Source: Patescibacteria group bacterium
GTDB taxonomy: Bacteria > Patescibacteriota > Minisyncoccia > UBA6257
Direction: 5' to 3'
Assembly: GCA_022705545.1 (NCBI GenBank)
Contig: JAKJEG010000001.1
Coordinates: forward strand, 1 to 24,620
Length of the DNA: 24,620 nucleotides
The notes under the pieces are model-generated. The model was not told the origin of the DNA, ran no database searches, and worked only from the letters and a program-made list of their open reading frames with translations. The position numbers and the translations under genes are program-made. This document shows, piece by piece, positions 16,079-23,322 of the stretch; within the stretch, counting starts at the first letter, position 1; each line of letters opens with the position of its first letter.

Positions 16079-16884
16079 TTCATTACTAATTCCTGAAAAA
16101 TTTTTAACCAATCATCAAGAGACAGAGCCGCTGGTCTGATTGTCAATTGAAGGTTATTTTTTAAGAGATATTTCTCAATTTTCTCTTTGGGGATTATGGT
16201 CTTTAAATTATTAAGGAGAGTTTTTCTTGGTTGGGAAAAACCGGCTTTCACTAATTGAATAAATTTTTTCTCTAACTTAGGATTAGAAATATATTGATTT
16301 TTTAAAGGTATCAGCTTAATAATCGCTGAATCAACTTTTGGGGGAGGAGAAAAATTCCCTTTTTTAACAATTTGAATTATTTTTGGCTGAAAATAAAATT
16401 GGGTTAAAACCGCAAGAAGATTCATTTTTGGAGGCTGGGCAACAATTCTTTCCGCCACTTCTTTTTGAACCATTAAAACTACTAATTTTGGCTTATTTTG
16501 CTTATTTTGAAGATTCATTAATAACCGCAAAAGATAAGAAGTTAAATAATAAGGAATATTGCCGACAATTTTATAGCCTTTATTATAATCTTTGCTTTGA
16601 ATAATTTCTTGAATTTTCTCTTCCTTTAAAATTTCTCGGATATCTCCTTCTATAAGAATTAAATTTTTATTATTAGCAAATTTTTCTTTCAGATAGCCAA
16701 TTAATTTTGGATCTTTCTCAATGGCAATAATTTTTTCATTTGAGAGGATTAATTCCTGAGTTAAAAACCCTGTTCCCGGTCCGATTTCCACAATAATTTC
16801 TCCTTTTTTAATCTCTAATTCTTTAACTATTTTTTGAGCTATCTTTTGATTTTTTAAAAACACCTGGCCTAATTTTCTTGACAT
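16075..16884 (-). CDS. rsmA: 16S rRNA m6,2A dimethyltransferase RsmA/KsgA
   Basis: LGQVFL, VEIGPGTG, IEKD, GNIPYYLTS, MVQKEVAERI, FSPPPKVDSAII, QPRKTL. Confidence 0.96.
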   Translation of the reverse strand: MSRKLGQVFLKNQKIAQKIVKELEIKKGEIIVEIGPGTGFLTQELILSNEKIIAIEKDPKLIGYLKEKFANNKNLILIEGDIREILKEEKIQEIIQSKDYNKGYKIVGNIPYYLTSYLLRLLMNLQNKQNKPKLVVLMVQKEVAERIVAQPPKMNLLAVLTQFYFQPKIIQIVKKGNFSPPPKVDSAIIKLIPLKNQYISNPKLEKKFIQLVKAGFSQPRKTLLNNLKTIIPKEKIEKYLLKNNLQLTIRPAALSLDDWLKIFQELVMN

Positions 16885-16906
16885 TGAATAATTGATTTGT
16901 TAGAAT
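16878..16906 (+). promoter_or_regulatory. Near-consensus sigma70 promoter for the LysM-M23 gene, overlapping the rsmA start codon
   Basis: TTGACA-17 bp-TAGAAT with extended -10 TG. Confidence 0.7.
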
Positions 16907-18138
16907 TATCAAAGGGTTTTTTTAACCCTTTTTTAATTAAGATTCTTATTGAGAATACCATTTTTAAGCCCATAAAACAATTTTTTCTTTCTTTTCCCTT
17001 TGGGAAAAAGCAGCAAAAAGGGCAGCCGGCAATAGCCCCTTTGGTTTTATTGTTTATTTTATCCTTGTTGCTGGGAAATTACTATATTTTTTCTTCAGCT
17101 ACTATTGTTAAAGGAAAAGAAATGCCAATAGTTATTCAGGGCAATAAAGAAAATAATGGGGACGGAGATTTTCTAACTAAAAATGCTTTCGCCTATTATG
17201 ATTTGCCTAGAGGAGAGAATATTATTGAAGAAGATGTTCAATCTCAATATCCGGAAGCCGAATTCTTTTTGGTGGTTGATAATGGATTTTTAGCAAAAAA
17301 TGTGGCGGTTCAAGATTATTCTTCAATAACAGCAAGCAGAAAAAATATTATTACTTATATAGTTAAAGAAGGTGATTCTCCATCCAAAATTGCTGCTCAA
17401 TTTGGAGTTAGTTTAAATACAATTTTATGGGCTAATAATTTAAAAAGCGGTTCAGTAATTAAACCGGGTCAGGAATTGCTTATTTTGCCAATTACCGGGG
17501 TTTATCATACGGTTCAAAAAGGAGAAACTTTATCAGCAATTGCTAAAAAATATAGCGTTTCTGTTGGGGAAATCAAAGAATTTAATGAGATAGGCGATAT
17601 TTTAGCTGAAGGAACCCAATTAATTATTCCCAATGGGAAAATGCCAGCCACTCCTTCGACGAAAACTTCAATTAGTTCTAGCGCTTCCAAATCTTCGTCT
17701 GCTAGTACCTCTTTAGCGGCAAAAAATGGTTTAAAGCCAATGACTGAGGATGTTTCTGGTTGGCAAAAGCTAGATAGTTCGTTTTTGTATCCAACTAACG
17801 GTGGCTATAATAAAGGCATTTTACATTATTATAACGCTGTTGATATTATTAATTATTGCGGTTCTCCAATTTACGCTGCTGCTGATGGTTTAATTGTTGA
17901 AGTAAAATCTTCTGGTTATAATAATGGTTATGGTTCTTATGTAAAAATTCAGCATTTTGCTGATTTTAAAAACACGATTACTGTTTATGCCCATTTGGGT
18001 TCAGTTTTGGTGAGTGAAGGGCAAAAAGTTAGCCAAGGAGCATTAATTGGAAAAATGGGTGATACTGGTAATGCTAATGGTTGTCATCTTCATTTTGAAG
18101 TGAGGAATGCTCAGAACCCTTTTGTTTTAAAACAGTAA
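16897..18138 (+). CDS. LysM x2 + M23 peptidase-family cell-wall protein (start codon uncertain, probably downstream of 16913)
   Basis: N-terminal TM; YIVKEGDSPSKIAAQFGVS..TILWAN and HTVQKGETLSAIAKKYSVS (LysM); HYYNAVD, GYGSYVKIQH, YAHL, HLHFEVR (M23). Confidence 0.92.
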   Translation: MLELSKGFFNPFLIKILIENTIFKPIKQFFLSFPFGKKQQKGQPAIAPLVLLFILSLLLGNYYIFSSATIVKGKEMPIVIQGNKENNGDGDFLTKNAFAYYDLPRGENIIEEDVQSQYPEAEFFLVVDNGFLAKNVAVQDYSSITASRKNIITYIVKEGDSPSKIAAQFGVSLNTILWANNLKSGSVIKPGQELLILPITGVYHTVQKGETLSAIAKKYSVSVGEIKEFNEIGDILAEGTQLIIPNGKMPATPSTKTSISSSASKSSSASTSLAAKNGLKPMTEDVSGWQKLDSSFLYPTNGGYNKGILHYYNAVDIINYCGSPIYAAADGLIVEVKSSGYNNGYGSYVKIQHFADFKNTITVYAHLGSVLVSEGQKVSQGALIGKMGDTGNANGCHLHFEVRNAQNPFVLKQ

Positions 18139-19689
18139 TTAAAAATTAGCTAACAAATTTTCAGTTTTATATTGTAAGGCTTCTGAAAGATGCTCTTTTT
18201 TAATTTTCTCTTCTCCTTCTAAATCAGCAATTGTTCGGCTAACTTTTAAAAGACGATGACAAGCCCGGGGAGATAAATAATAATGGTCAATGGCTTTTTT
18301 GAAAGATAATTCAGTTTCTTGGTCCAAAGAACAATATTGGTTAATTTCTTTTAGGCTCATTTCTGAATTGGTAAAAATCTTGTTTGCTTGAAACCTTTGC
18401 TTTTGCCTTTCCCGGGATTCTTTAATTTGATTTTTAATTTTGAAAACAATTTCTTTTTGTTCTTCTTGAGACAAAAATTCTTCGGAGGTTAAACGAAAAA
18501 CATTAATAATAATATCAATTCTATCCAAGAAAGGACCGGAGATTTTCTTTCGGTATCTTAATACATCAATTGGTCGGCAAAGACATTCTTTTTCCGGGTC
18601 ATGAAAATAACCGCAAGGACAGGGATTCATGGCGGAAATAAGAATAAATTTGGCTGGGAATTGCATTCGGGCGTTAGCTCTGGCAATAGAGATCTTTCCT
18701 TCTTCTAGTGGCTGACGAAGTCCTTCTAAAACATCTCTTCTAAATTCTGGTAATTCATCAAGGAATAAAACTCCTCGGTGAGCTAAAGTTATTTCTCCGG
18801 GTTGGGGAATCACGCCGCCGCCAAGAAGAGCCACGCTGGAAGAGCTATGATGGGGTTGGCGAAAAGGAGGAGAAGTGATAATCGGATTATTATGATCTAA
18901 TAAACCGGCAATACTATAAATTTTAGTTACCTCTAGTGATTCTTCCTGATTTAAAGGCGGCAAAAGAGAATGGAAGGCTTTGGCTAATAAGGTTTTGCCT
19001 GAACCCGGTGGCCCAACCATCAAAACATTATGAGCGCCAGCAGCAGCAATAGTCAATGCTCTTTTGGCTTTCTCCTGACCCTTAATTAAAGAAAAATCTC
19101 CCAAAGAATTATCTTCTTGGAGATTTTTTAGATGAGGTAAAGAAGGAGCAATTCGAGTGTTGCCGTTTAAATAACTAGTTACTTCTTTTAAATTATTTAA
19201 ACCAATTAATTTTAAATGATAGTTATTTTTTAAAGCGGCGGTTGCTTCTTTTAAATTTCCTCTGGGAAGAAAAAGCTCTTGAAAATTATTTTCTTGGGCA
19301 AAAAGAGTAATTGGTAAAACTCCATTAACTGGTCGTAATTCACCATTCAAAGTTAATTCACCAATAAAAAGTTTTTTCTCCGTCACAAATGACTTTAGTT
19401 GACCGGAAGCAACAAGATAGCCAATAGCCATAGCGAGATCGTAATGAGAACCAGTTTTTTTAAAATCGGCTGGAGCTAAATTAATAGTAATTTTTTTATT
19501 AGCTCTTAAAGGAGATTTCGCCCCAATGTTTTTAATGGCAGCTGAAATTCTTTGTTTAGCTTCTTTAATGGCTAAATCTGGTAGACCAACAATATTAAAA
19601 GCATGAAGACCATTAGAAACATCAACTTCAACAGACACTAATAAATTATCTAAACCAAAAAAAGCGGCGGAATAAATTTTAGCAAACAT
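18139..19689 (-). CDS. comM: ComM/YifB Mg-chelatase-like AAA+ helicase
   Basis: VGLPDLAIKEA, GPPGSGKT, FRQPHHS, PGEITLAHRGVLFLDELPEF, MNPCPCG, ISGPFLDRID, KVSRTIADL. Confidence 0.95.
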   Translation of the reverse strand: MFAKIYSAAFFGLDNLLVSVEVDVSNGLHAFNIVGLPDLAIKEAKQRISAAIKNIGAKSPLRANKKITINLAPADFKKTGSHYDLAMAIGYLVASGQLKSFVTEKKLFIGELTLNGELRPVNGVLPITLFAQENNFQELFLPRGNLKEATAALKNNYHLKLIGLNNLKEVTSYLNGNTRIAPSLPHLKNLQEDNSLGDFSLIKGQEKAKRALTIAAAGAHNVLMVGPPGSGKTLLAKAFHSLLPPLNQEESLEVTKIYSIAGLLDHNNPIITSPPFRQPHHSSSSVALLGGGVIPQPGEITLAHRGVLFLDELPEFRRDVLEGLRQPLEEGKISIARANARMQFPAKFILISAMNPCPCGYFHDPEKECLCRPIDVLRYRKKISGPFLDRIDIIINVFRLTSEEFLSQEEQKEIVFKIKNQIKESRERQKQRFQANKIFTNSEMSLKEINQYCSLDQETELSFKKAIDHYYLSPRACHRLLKVSRTIADLEGEEKIKKEHLSEALQYKTENLLANF

Positions 19690-19720
19690 TTTATTATCCC
19701 GCCGTTTTTAATTTAAATAG

Positions 19721-19797
19721 TTTAAAATTGAATTATTAGCATCGGAAGTTTAATTAACGACATCGCAAGTCGTTACGAAGTAACGACTTGCGATGTC
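19721..19797. repeat. Right copy of REP-like element including a perfect 18-bp hairpin with GAA loop
   Basis: GACATCGCAAGTCGTTAC-GAA-GTAACGACTTGCGATGTC (19759-19797); 19721-19770 is the inverted partner of 16029-16078. Confidence 0.9.
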
Positions 19798-19833
19798 CAA
19801 ACATTGAAAATTGAAAAATTGTTCAATGCTATT

Positions 19834-20205
19834 TTAGGTCATTTTTTGGTTGGAACATTTCATGCAGAATCGAGCTGCTGGATTAGCTTTTAATCGGGCA
19901 ATTTCTATTTTTTGATGGCAATTTTCGCATTCGCCATACTGACCATTTTCTATTTTTTCTAAAGCATCATTAACGTCTTTTAAACGTAATTCTAATGAAT
20001 GCTCTAAAGCCAAAAGAGTCTCATATTGCTCTACTTCTTCAGCATCCTCGTCAGGAGCAGAAGACCTTTCTAAGTATGGAAAACGAGTATCATAATCGTC
20101 AGGAATTTTTTTGTCTTTATCAGCAAATTTTAAAAGATCCTTTTTTAAAAGGTCTTTTTCCTCGAGTAATTTCTTTTTAAGCTCTTGAATTAACTGTTTT
20201 TCCAT
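19834..20205 (-). CDS. dksA: TraR/DksA family C4 zinc-finger protein
   Basis: Coiled coil followed by YGECENCHQKIEIARLKANPAARFCMKC; acidic tip PDEDAEE is not the canonical DxxDxA. Confidence 0.85.
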   Translation of the reverse strand: MEKQLIQELKKKLLEEKDLLKKDLLKFADKDKKIPDDYDTRFPYLERSSAPDEDAEEVEQYETLLALEHSLELRLKDVNDALEKIENGQYGECENCHQKIEIARLKANPAARFCMKCSNQKMT

Positions 20206-20212
20206 TGCTACT

Positions 20213-20241
20213 ATCTTAGGGTTTTTTCTTTAAAAAGTCAA
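20213..20241 (-). promoter_or_regulatory. sigma70-like promoter for the dksA-like gene (leaderless spacing)
   Basis: TTGACT-17 bp-TAAGAT, 7 nt from the ATG. Confidence 0.5.
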
Positions 20242-20252
20242 GAAAATCCAAT

Positions 20253-20281
20253 TTGAATTTTTTTCTGAATAATGTTAAAAT
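20253..20281 (+). promoter_or_regulatory. sigma70-like promoter for tRNA-Gly
   Basis: TTGAAT-17 bp-TAAAAT with extended -10 TG. Confidence 0.6.
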
Positions 20282-20299
20282 TTCTAAAATAAAACATAG

Positions 20300-20371
20300 G
20301 CGGCAGTAGTTCAGTGGTAGAACGCTTCCTTGCCAAGGAAGAGGCCGCCGGTTCAAATCCGGTCTGCCGCT
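20300..20371 (+). tRNA. tRNA-Gly(GCC)
   Basis: Acceptor GCGGCAG/CTGCCGC, anticodon arm CTTCC-TTGCCAA-GGAAG, T-loop TTCAAAT; CCA not encoded. Confidence 0.96.
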
Positions 20372-20395
20372 CAAATTTTTACGAGATAATAAAAA

Positions 20396-20668
20396 TTAAA
20401 AATCTTCGTTTTCTAAACTTTTAATTTCGCTGATGATTTTTTTTGTCTCTTTCCAGAAGAGATTTTTAAAATCAGCAAAATATTTTTTTAAGAATTCTTC
20501 TTTTTCTTTTTCAGAACCTGAGTTTAAAATTCTGACAAAATCTCCTTTTATTTCTTCGTCAAGGTTATTATAAATTTGGAGAGTAGTTTTTTCTATCAAA
20601 CTGTTGTATAAATTTAATAAAAGTTTTTTTGTTTCCGGTGATAAAGAGTTTAATAAATTTTGTTCCAT
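20396..20668 (-). CDS. Small helical hypothetical protein (DUF5663-like, tentative)
   Basis: 90 aa; 'QIYNNLDEE.KGDF..IL..G...EKEEFLKK' resembles small CPR helical proteins, recalled from memory only. Confidence 0.55.
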   Translation of the reverse strand: MEQNLLNSLSPETKKLLLNLYNSLIEKTTLQIYNNLDEEIKGDFVRILNSGSEKEKEEFLKKYFADFKNLFWKETKKIISEIKSLENEDF

Positions 20669-20786
20669 AGGACAAAATTTTGAAAAATATTTTAATTTTT
20701 TTCGACCGATAAAGGCGTAAAATGATTATTAATTTTTATTGTTGATGAATAAAATGTTTTTAGTCCTTATTATTAATTGATTTTAA

Positions 20787-22241
20787 TCACAGTTTTATTT
20801 TTACTGAAGCTGCTTGTTTAGCGGTTTTGTTAGCCCATTCTATTCCCTGAATAATGATTATGGCGCAAAGCATTACCCAAGACAAACCGGTTAAAATTAA
20901 ACCCGATTTTAATAAGCTTTCTTTAGCTTTTTCAGTGGCTTTTTTCACTTCTTCTTTTTTTTCTGGCTCAGTTGATTCAGTAATTTTTTCAATATCTTTT
21001 TTAAAATTATTCAAAATCTCATTAAGTTTTTCCCGACTCTGGGGATTTTCTAAAATTTTTGTTATTTTTTTAATAAATTCCGGATCTGAGCCAATAGCTT
21101 GGTTAAACAATTCAAAAACTGTTTTGCTAGATATGCCTTCTAAAGCTGATTCTTCCGGAGTAATTTTTTCAATATCAACCCCAAAGTTTTTGATTATTTC
21201 TTGAGCTTTTTTGTCTTTGTCTTTTACATCAACAAAATTAATCAAATCTTTCTCGATATTATTTTTCAGCGCTTCATTTTGAATATTACTATCAATTAAT
21301 TCTTTTAAGTTTTGGTAGCTAACTCCTTTTAAAGAAAGAATATCAAAACAAGCCTGATAGCCATTTTCACTAAAAACCGGGGAGATATTTTTTTCTTTTA
21401 ATTGATTTAATAATTCTTGATCGTCTTTGATATTTTCAAAGGGATTTTTATCTTTTAGCCAACGATTAATAAACTTAACTACTATTTCTGTTTTTTCTTT
21501 TTCCGGAATTGGTCTTAAAGTTTCCTCGTCAAACCATTTATTTTCTACGCTGTTACTCATTAATAAAGCTGTTTTTATTGCCTGCTGGTTAAAATTAGCT
21601 AGATTCTTTAAATTATTGTCTTCGATAATTTTTATTTTTTTCTCTTCTTCGGTTTTTGGCTCTTTCTTTATCGTATTAAAATCTACTTCTTTTAATTCTT
21701 TTTGCCAAAGATTAAAACATTTATCAAAAAGACTGGTCCTTTCTTCTTTATCAGCGAAGAAAATCTGATCTTCTAAACAAACATTCACTAAGTTGGAAAG
21801 AATTGCTGTTTTTTTACTTTCTTCAACGATGATATCTTTAGTTAATTCTTTTTTTTCTTTAAAACCGGGTTCATCTTTTTCTAGTTCTTTGAAAACATTG
21901 TCAATAATTTCCTTGTTCTTTTTTTTGGCTTGTTTTTCTTCAAGGTTTTTTGATTCTTTTAATAAATCTAAATAAAAAGTTAGCCTTTCTTGAGGGTTTT
22001 TAATTTCTTTTACCAATAAATATTTATCCTCAAATTTTTTGAGGTTTTCTTTTTGTTGTTCTTTTTCCTGTTTTTCTTCCGGACTGATAATCTTTTCTTT
22101 TTTTGTTTTTTTGGCCTCTTTTCTTTCTGATTCCAATTGTTGTTCTGGATTTTGTTGTTCCTCTTGTTCTTCTGAAGTTTTTTGTTGTTCTGGCCATTCT
22201 CCTGGAGGATAATAGCCAAAATCTCCTTTAAACTGAATCAT
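20787..22241 (-). CDS. Hypothetical E/K-rich coiled-coil protein with a single C-terminal TM
   Basis: 484 aa, highly charged; hydrophobic segment GLILTGLSWVMLCAIIIIQGI near the C-terminus. Confidence 0.75.
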   Translation of the reverse strand: MIQFKGDFGYYPPGEWPEQQKTSEEQEEQQNPEQQLESERKEAKKTKKEKIISPEEKQEKEQQKENLKKFEDKYLLVKEIKNPQERLTFYLDLLKESKNLEEKQAKKKNKEIIDNVFKELEKDEPGFKEKKELTKDIIVEESKKTAILSNLVNVCLEDQIFFADKEERTSLFDKCFNLWQKELKEVDFNTIKKEPKTEEEKKIKIIEDNNLKNLANFNQQAIKTALLMSNSVENKWFDEETLRPIPEKEKTEIVVKFINRWLKDKNPFENIKDDQELLNQLKEKNISPVFSENGYQACFDILSLKGVSYQNLKELIDSNIQNEALKNNIEKDLINFVDVKDKDKKAQEIIKNFGVDIEKITPEESALEGISSKTVFELFNQAIGSDPEFIKKITKILENPQSREKLNEILNNFKKDIEKITESTEPEKKEEVKKATEKAKESLLKSGLILTGLSWVMLCAIIIIQGIEWANKTAKQAASVKIKL

Positions 22242-22272
22242 TAATAAAATAAAGATTAAGTTATTAATTTAA

Positions 22273-22303
22273 TAGCCCACAACTTTTTAAAAATTGTGGG
22301 CTA
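22273..22303 (-). terminator. Terminator-like hairpin after clpP
   Basis: TAGCCCACAA/TTGTGGGCTA 10-bp stem, 3 nt after the clpP stop; U-tract weak. Confidence 0.55.
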
Positions 22304-22306
22304 ATT

Positions 22307-22921
22307 TTATTTTTTAGTTTTAATGATTTCGTCAATAAGTCCGTATTTTTTTGCTTGTTCTGGTGTCAACCAAAAATCTCGATCAGTATCTTTTTCTATT
22401 GTCGACACTGGTTGATTGGTATGGCTAGAAAGAATCTGGTTTAACTGTTTTTTTACTTTAACGATTTGTTGAGCAGCAATTTCTACGTCTTTAGCTTGAC
22501 CTTCTGCTCCACCCATTACCTGATGCAATAAAATTTTTGAATTAGGCAAAGCCATTCTTTTGCCTTTTTTCCCTGCTGCTAAAAGGACGGCTGCTCCGGA
22601 AGCTGCCATTCCCATACAAAAAGTTGCTACATCTGGCTTGACATACTGCATTGTGTCATAAATAGCTAAAGTAGAAGTTACTGAACCACCGGGAGAATTA
22701 ATATAGAAAAGAATATCTTTTTTCGGGTCCTCATGCTCTAAGAAAAGCATTTGAGCAATAATAATATTAGCCACTGTATCATCAATTGGCGTTCCTAAAA
22801 AAATAATTCTTTCTTTCAATAGCCGGGAATAAATATCATAAGCTCTTTCCCCCATTGATGTTTTTTCAATGACAGTTGGCACAAGAACTGTTTCTGACAA
22901 AATAGATGGTAATTCTTTCAT
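22307..22921 (-). CDS. clpP: ATP-dependent Clp protease proteolytic subunit
   Basis: [32 protein letters not shown] (Ser), LHQVMGG (His), DTDRDFW (Asp). Confidence 0.98.
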   Translation of the reverse strand: MKELPSILSETVLVPTVIEKTSMGERAYDIYSRLLKERIIFLGTPIDDTVANIIIAQMLFLEHEDPKKDILFYINSPGGSVTSTLAIYDTMQYVKPDVATFCMGMAASGAAVLLAAGKKGKRMALPNSKILLHQVMGGAEGQAKDVEIAAQQIVKVKKQLNQILSSHTNQPVSTIEKDTDRDFWLTPEQAKKYGLIDEIIKTKK

Positions 22922-22975
22922 TTTTATTTATTAGATTTAATTTTCTATTTAATTTTTCTTTATTAGGCAGTTGAA

Positions 22976-23004
22976 ATTATATCAAAAAATTTCCAAAAAA
23001 TCAA
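22976..23004 (-). promoter_or_regulatory. sigma70-like promoter for clpP
   Basis: TTGATT-17 bp-TATAAT with extended -10 TG. Confidence 0.6.
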
Positions 23005-23018
23005 TGAGAATTTTATTG

Positions 23019-23090
23019 TGCCCTCGGGAGGAATCGAACCTCCATCTCAGGCTTAGAAGGCCCGTGCTCTATCCGTTAAGCGACGAGGGC
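23019..23090 (-). tRNA. tRNA-Arg(TCT)
   Basis: GCCCTCG/CGAGGGC acceptor, CGGGC-CTTCTAA-GCCTG anticodon arm, GGAGG-TTCGATT-CCTCC T-arm. Confidence 0.95.
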
Positions 23091-23099
23091 TAATTATTT

Positions 23100-23147
23100 A
23101 GATTAACATTTTTTTTGGTTGAAATCAACCCGTTTTTATGTTATTCT
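23100..23147. promoter_or_regulatory. Back-to-back overlapping promoters for tRNA-Arg (-) and tRNA-His (+)
   Basis: Minus: TTGATT-17-TGtTAATCT (23128 to 23100); plus: TTGAAA-17-TGtTATTCT (23119-23147); the -35 elements overlap within GGTTGAAATCAACC. Confidence 0.6.
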
Positions 23148-23189
23148 AATTATTAATATTACTTTTTTCAAATTTAAGATGTTTAAGAT

Positions 23190-23262
23190 GGTGACCATGG
23201 TGTAATGGTCAGCACGGCAGTCTGTGGAACTGCCAGCGAGGGTTCGAATCCCTCTGGTCACC
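23190..23262 (+). tRNA. tRNA-His(GTG), genomically encoded G-1
   Basis: G-GTGACCA/TGGTCAC-C acceptor with G-1:C73, GCAGT-CTGTGGA-ACTGC anticodon arm, T-loop TTCGAAT. Confidence 0.96.
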
Positions 23263-23276
23263 CTTTGTTTATAGTT

Positions 23277-23312
23277 ATTAAAAAGAACGGATTTAAATCC
23301 GTTCTTTTTAAT
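23277..23312. terminator. Bidirectional intrinsic terminator (perfect 36-bp palindrome)
   Basis: ATTAAAAAGAACGGATTTAAATCCGTTCTTTTTAAT between convergent tRNA-His and the DUF11 gene. Confidence 0.8.
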
Positions 23313-23322
23313 TCCTTACCTT

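Noticed and set aside
11238-16604. Small ORFs 11238-11429, 12668-12916, 13808-14041, 14732-14953, 16383-16604
   Set aside because: Fully nested in longer well-supported genes; typical shadow ORFs.
19759-19797. Intrinsic terminator for the dksA-like gene
   Set aside because: No U-tract on either strand, and the sequence recurs at 16029; treated as a repeat element, though factor-dependent termination is not excluded.
19995-22219. ORFs 19995-20180, 20854-21204, 21427-21768, 21793-21975, 22010-22219
   Set aside because: Antisense or frame-shifted products of A-rich coding strands (F/L/S-rich or K/R-rich artefacts).
20300-23090. Genomic island integrated at tRNA-Gly or tRNA-Arg
   Set aside because: I saw no duplicated tRNA 3' end and no integrase, and clpP lies within the interval.
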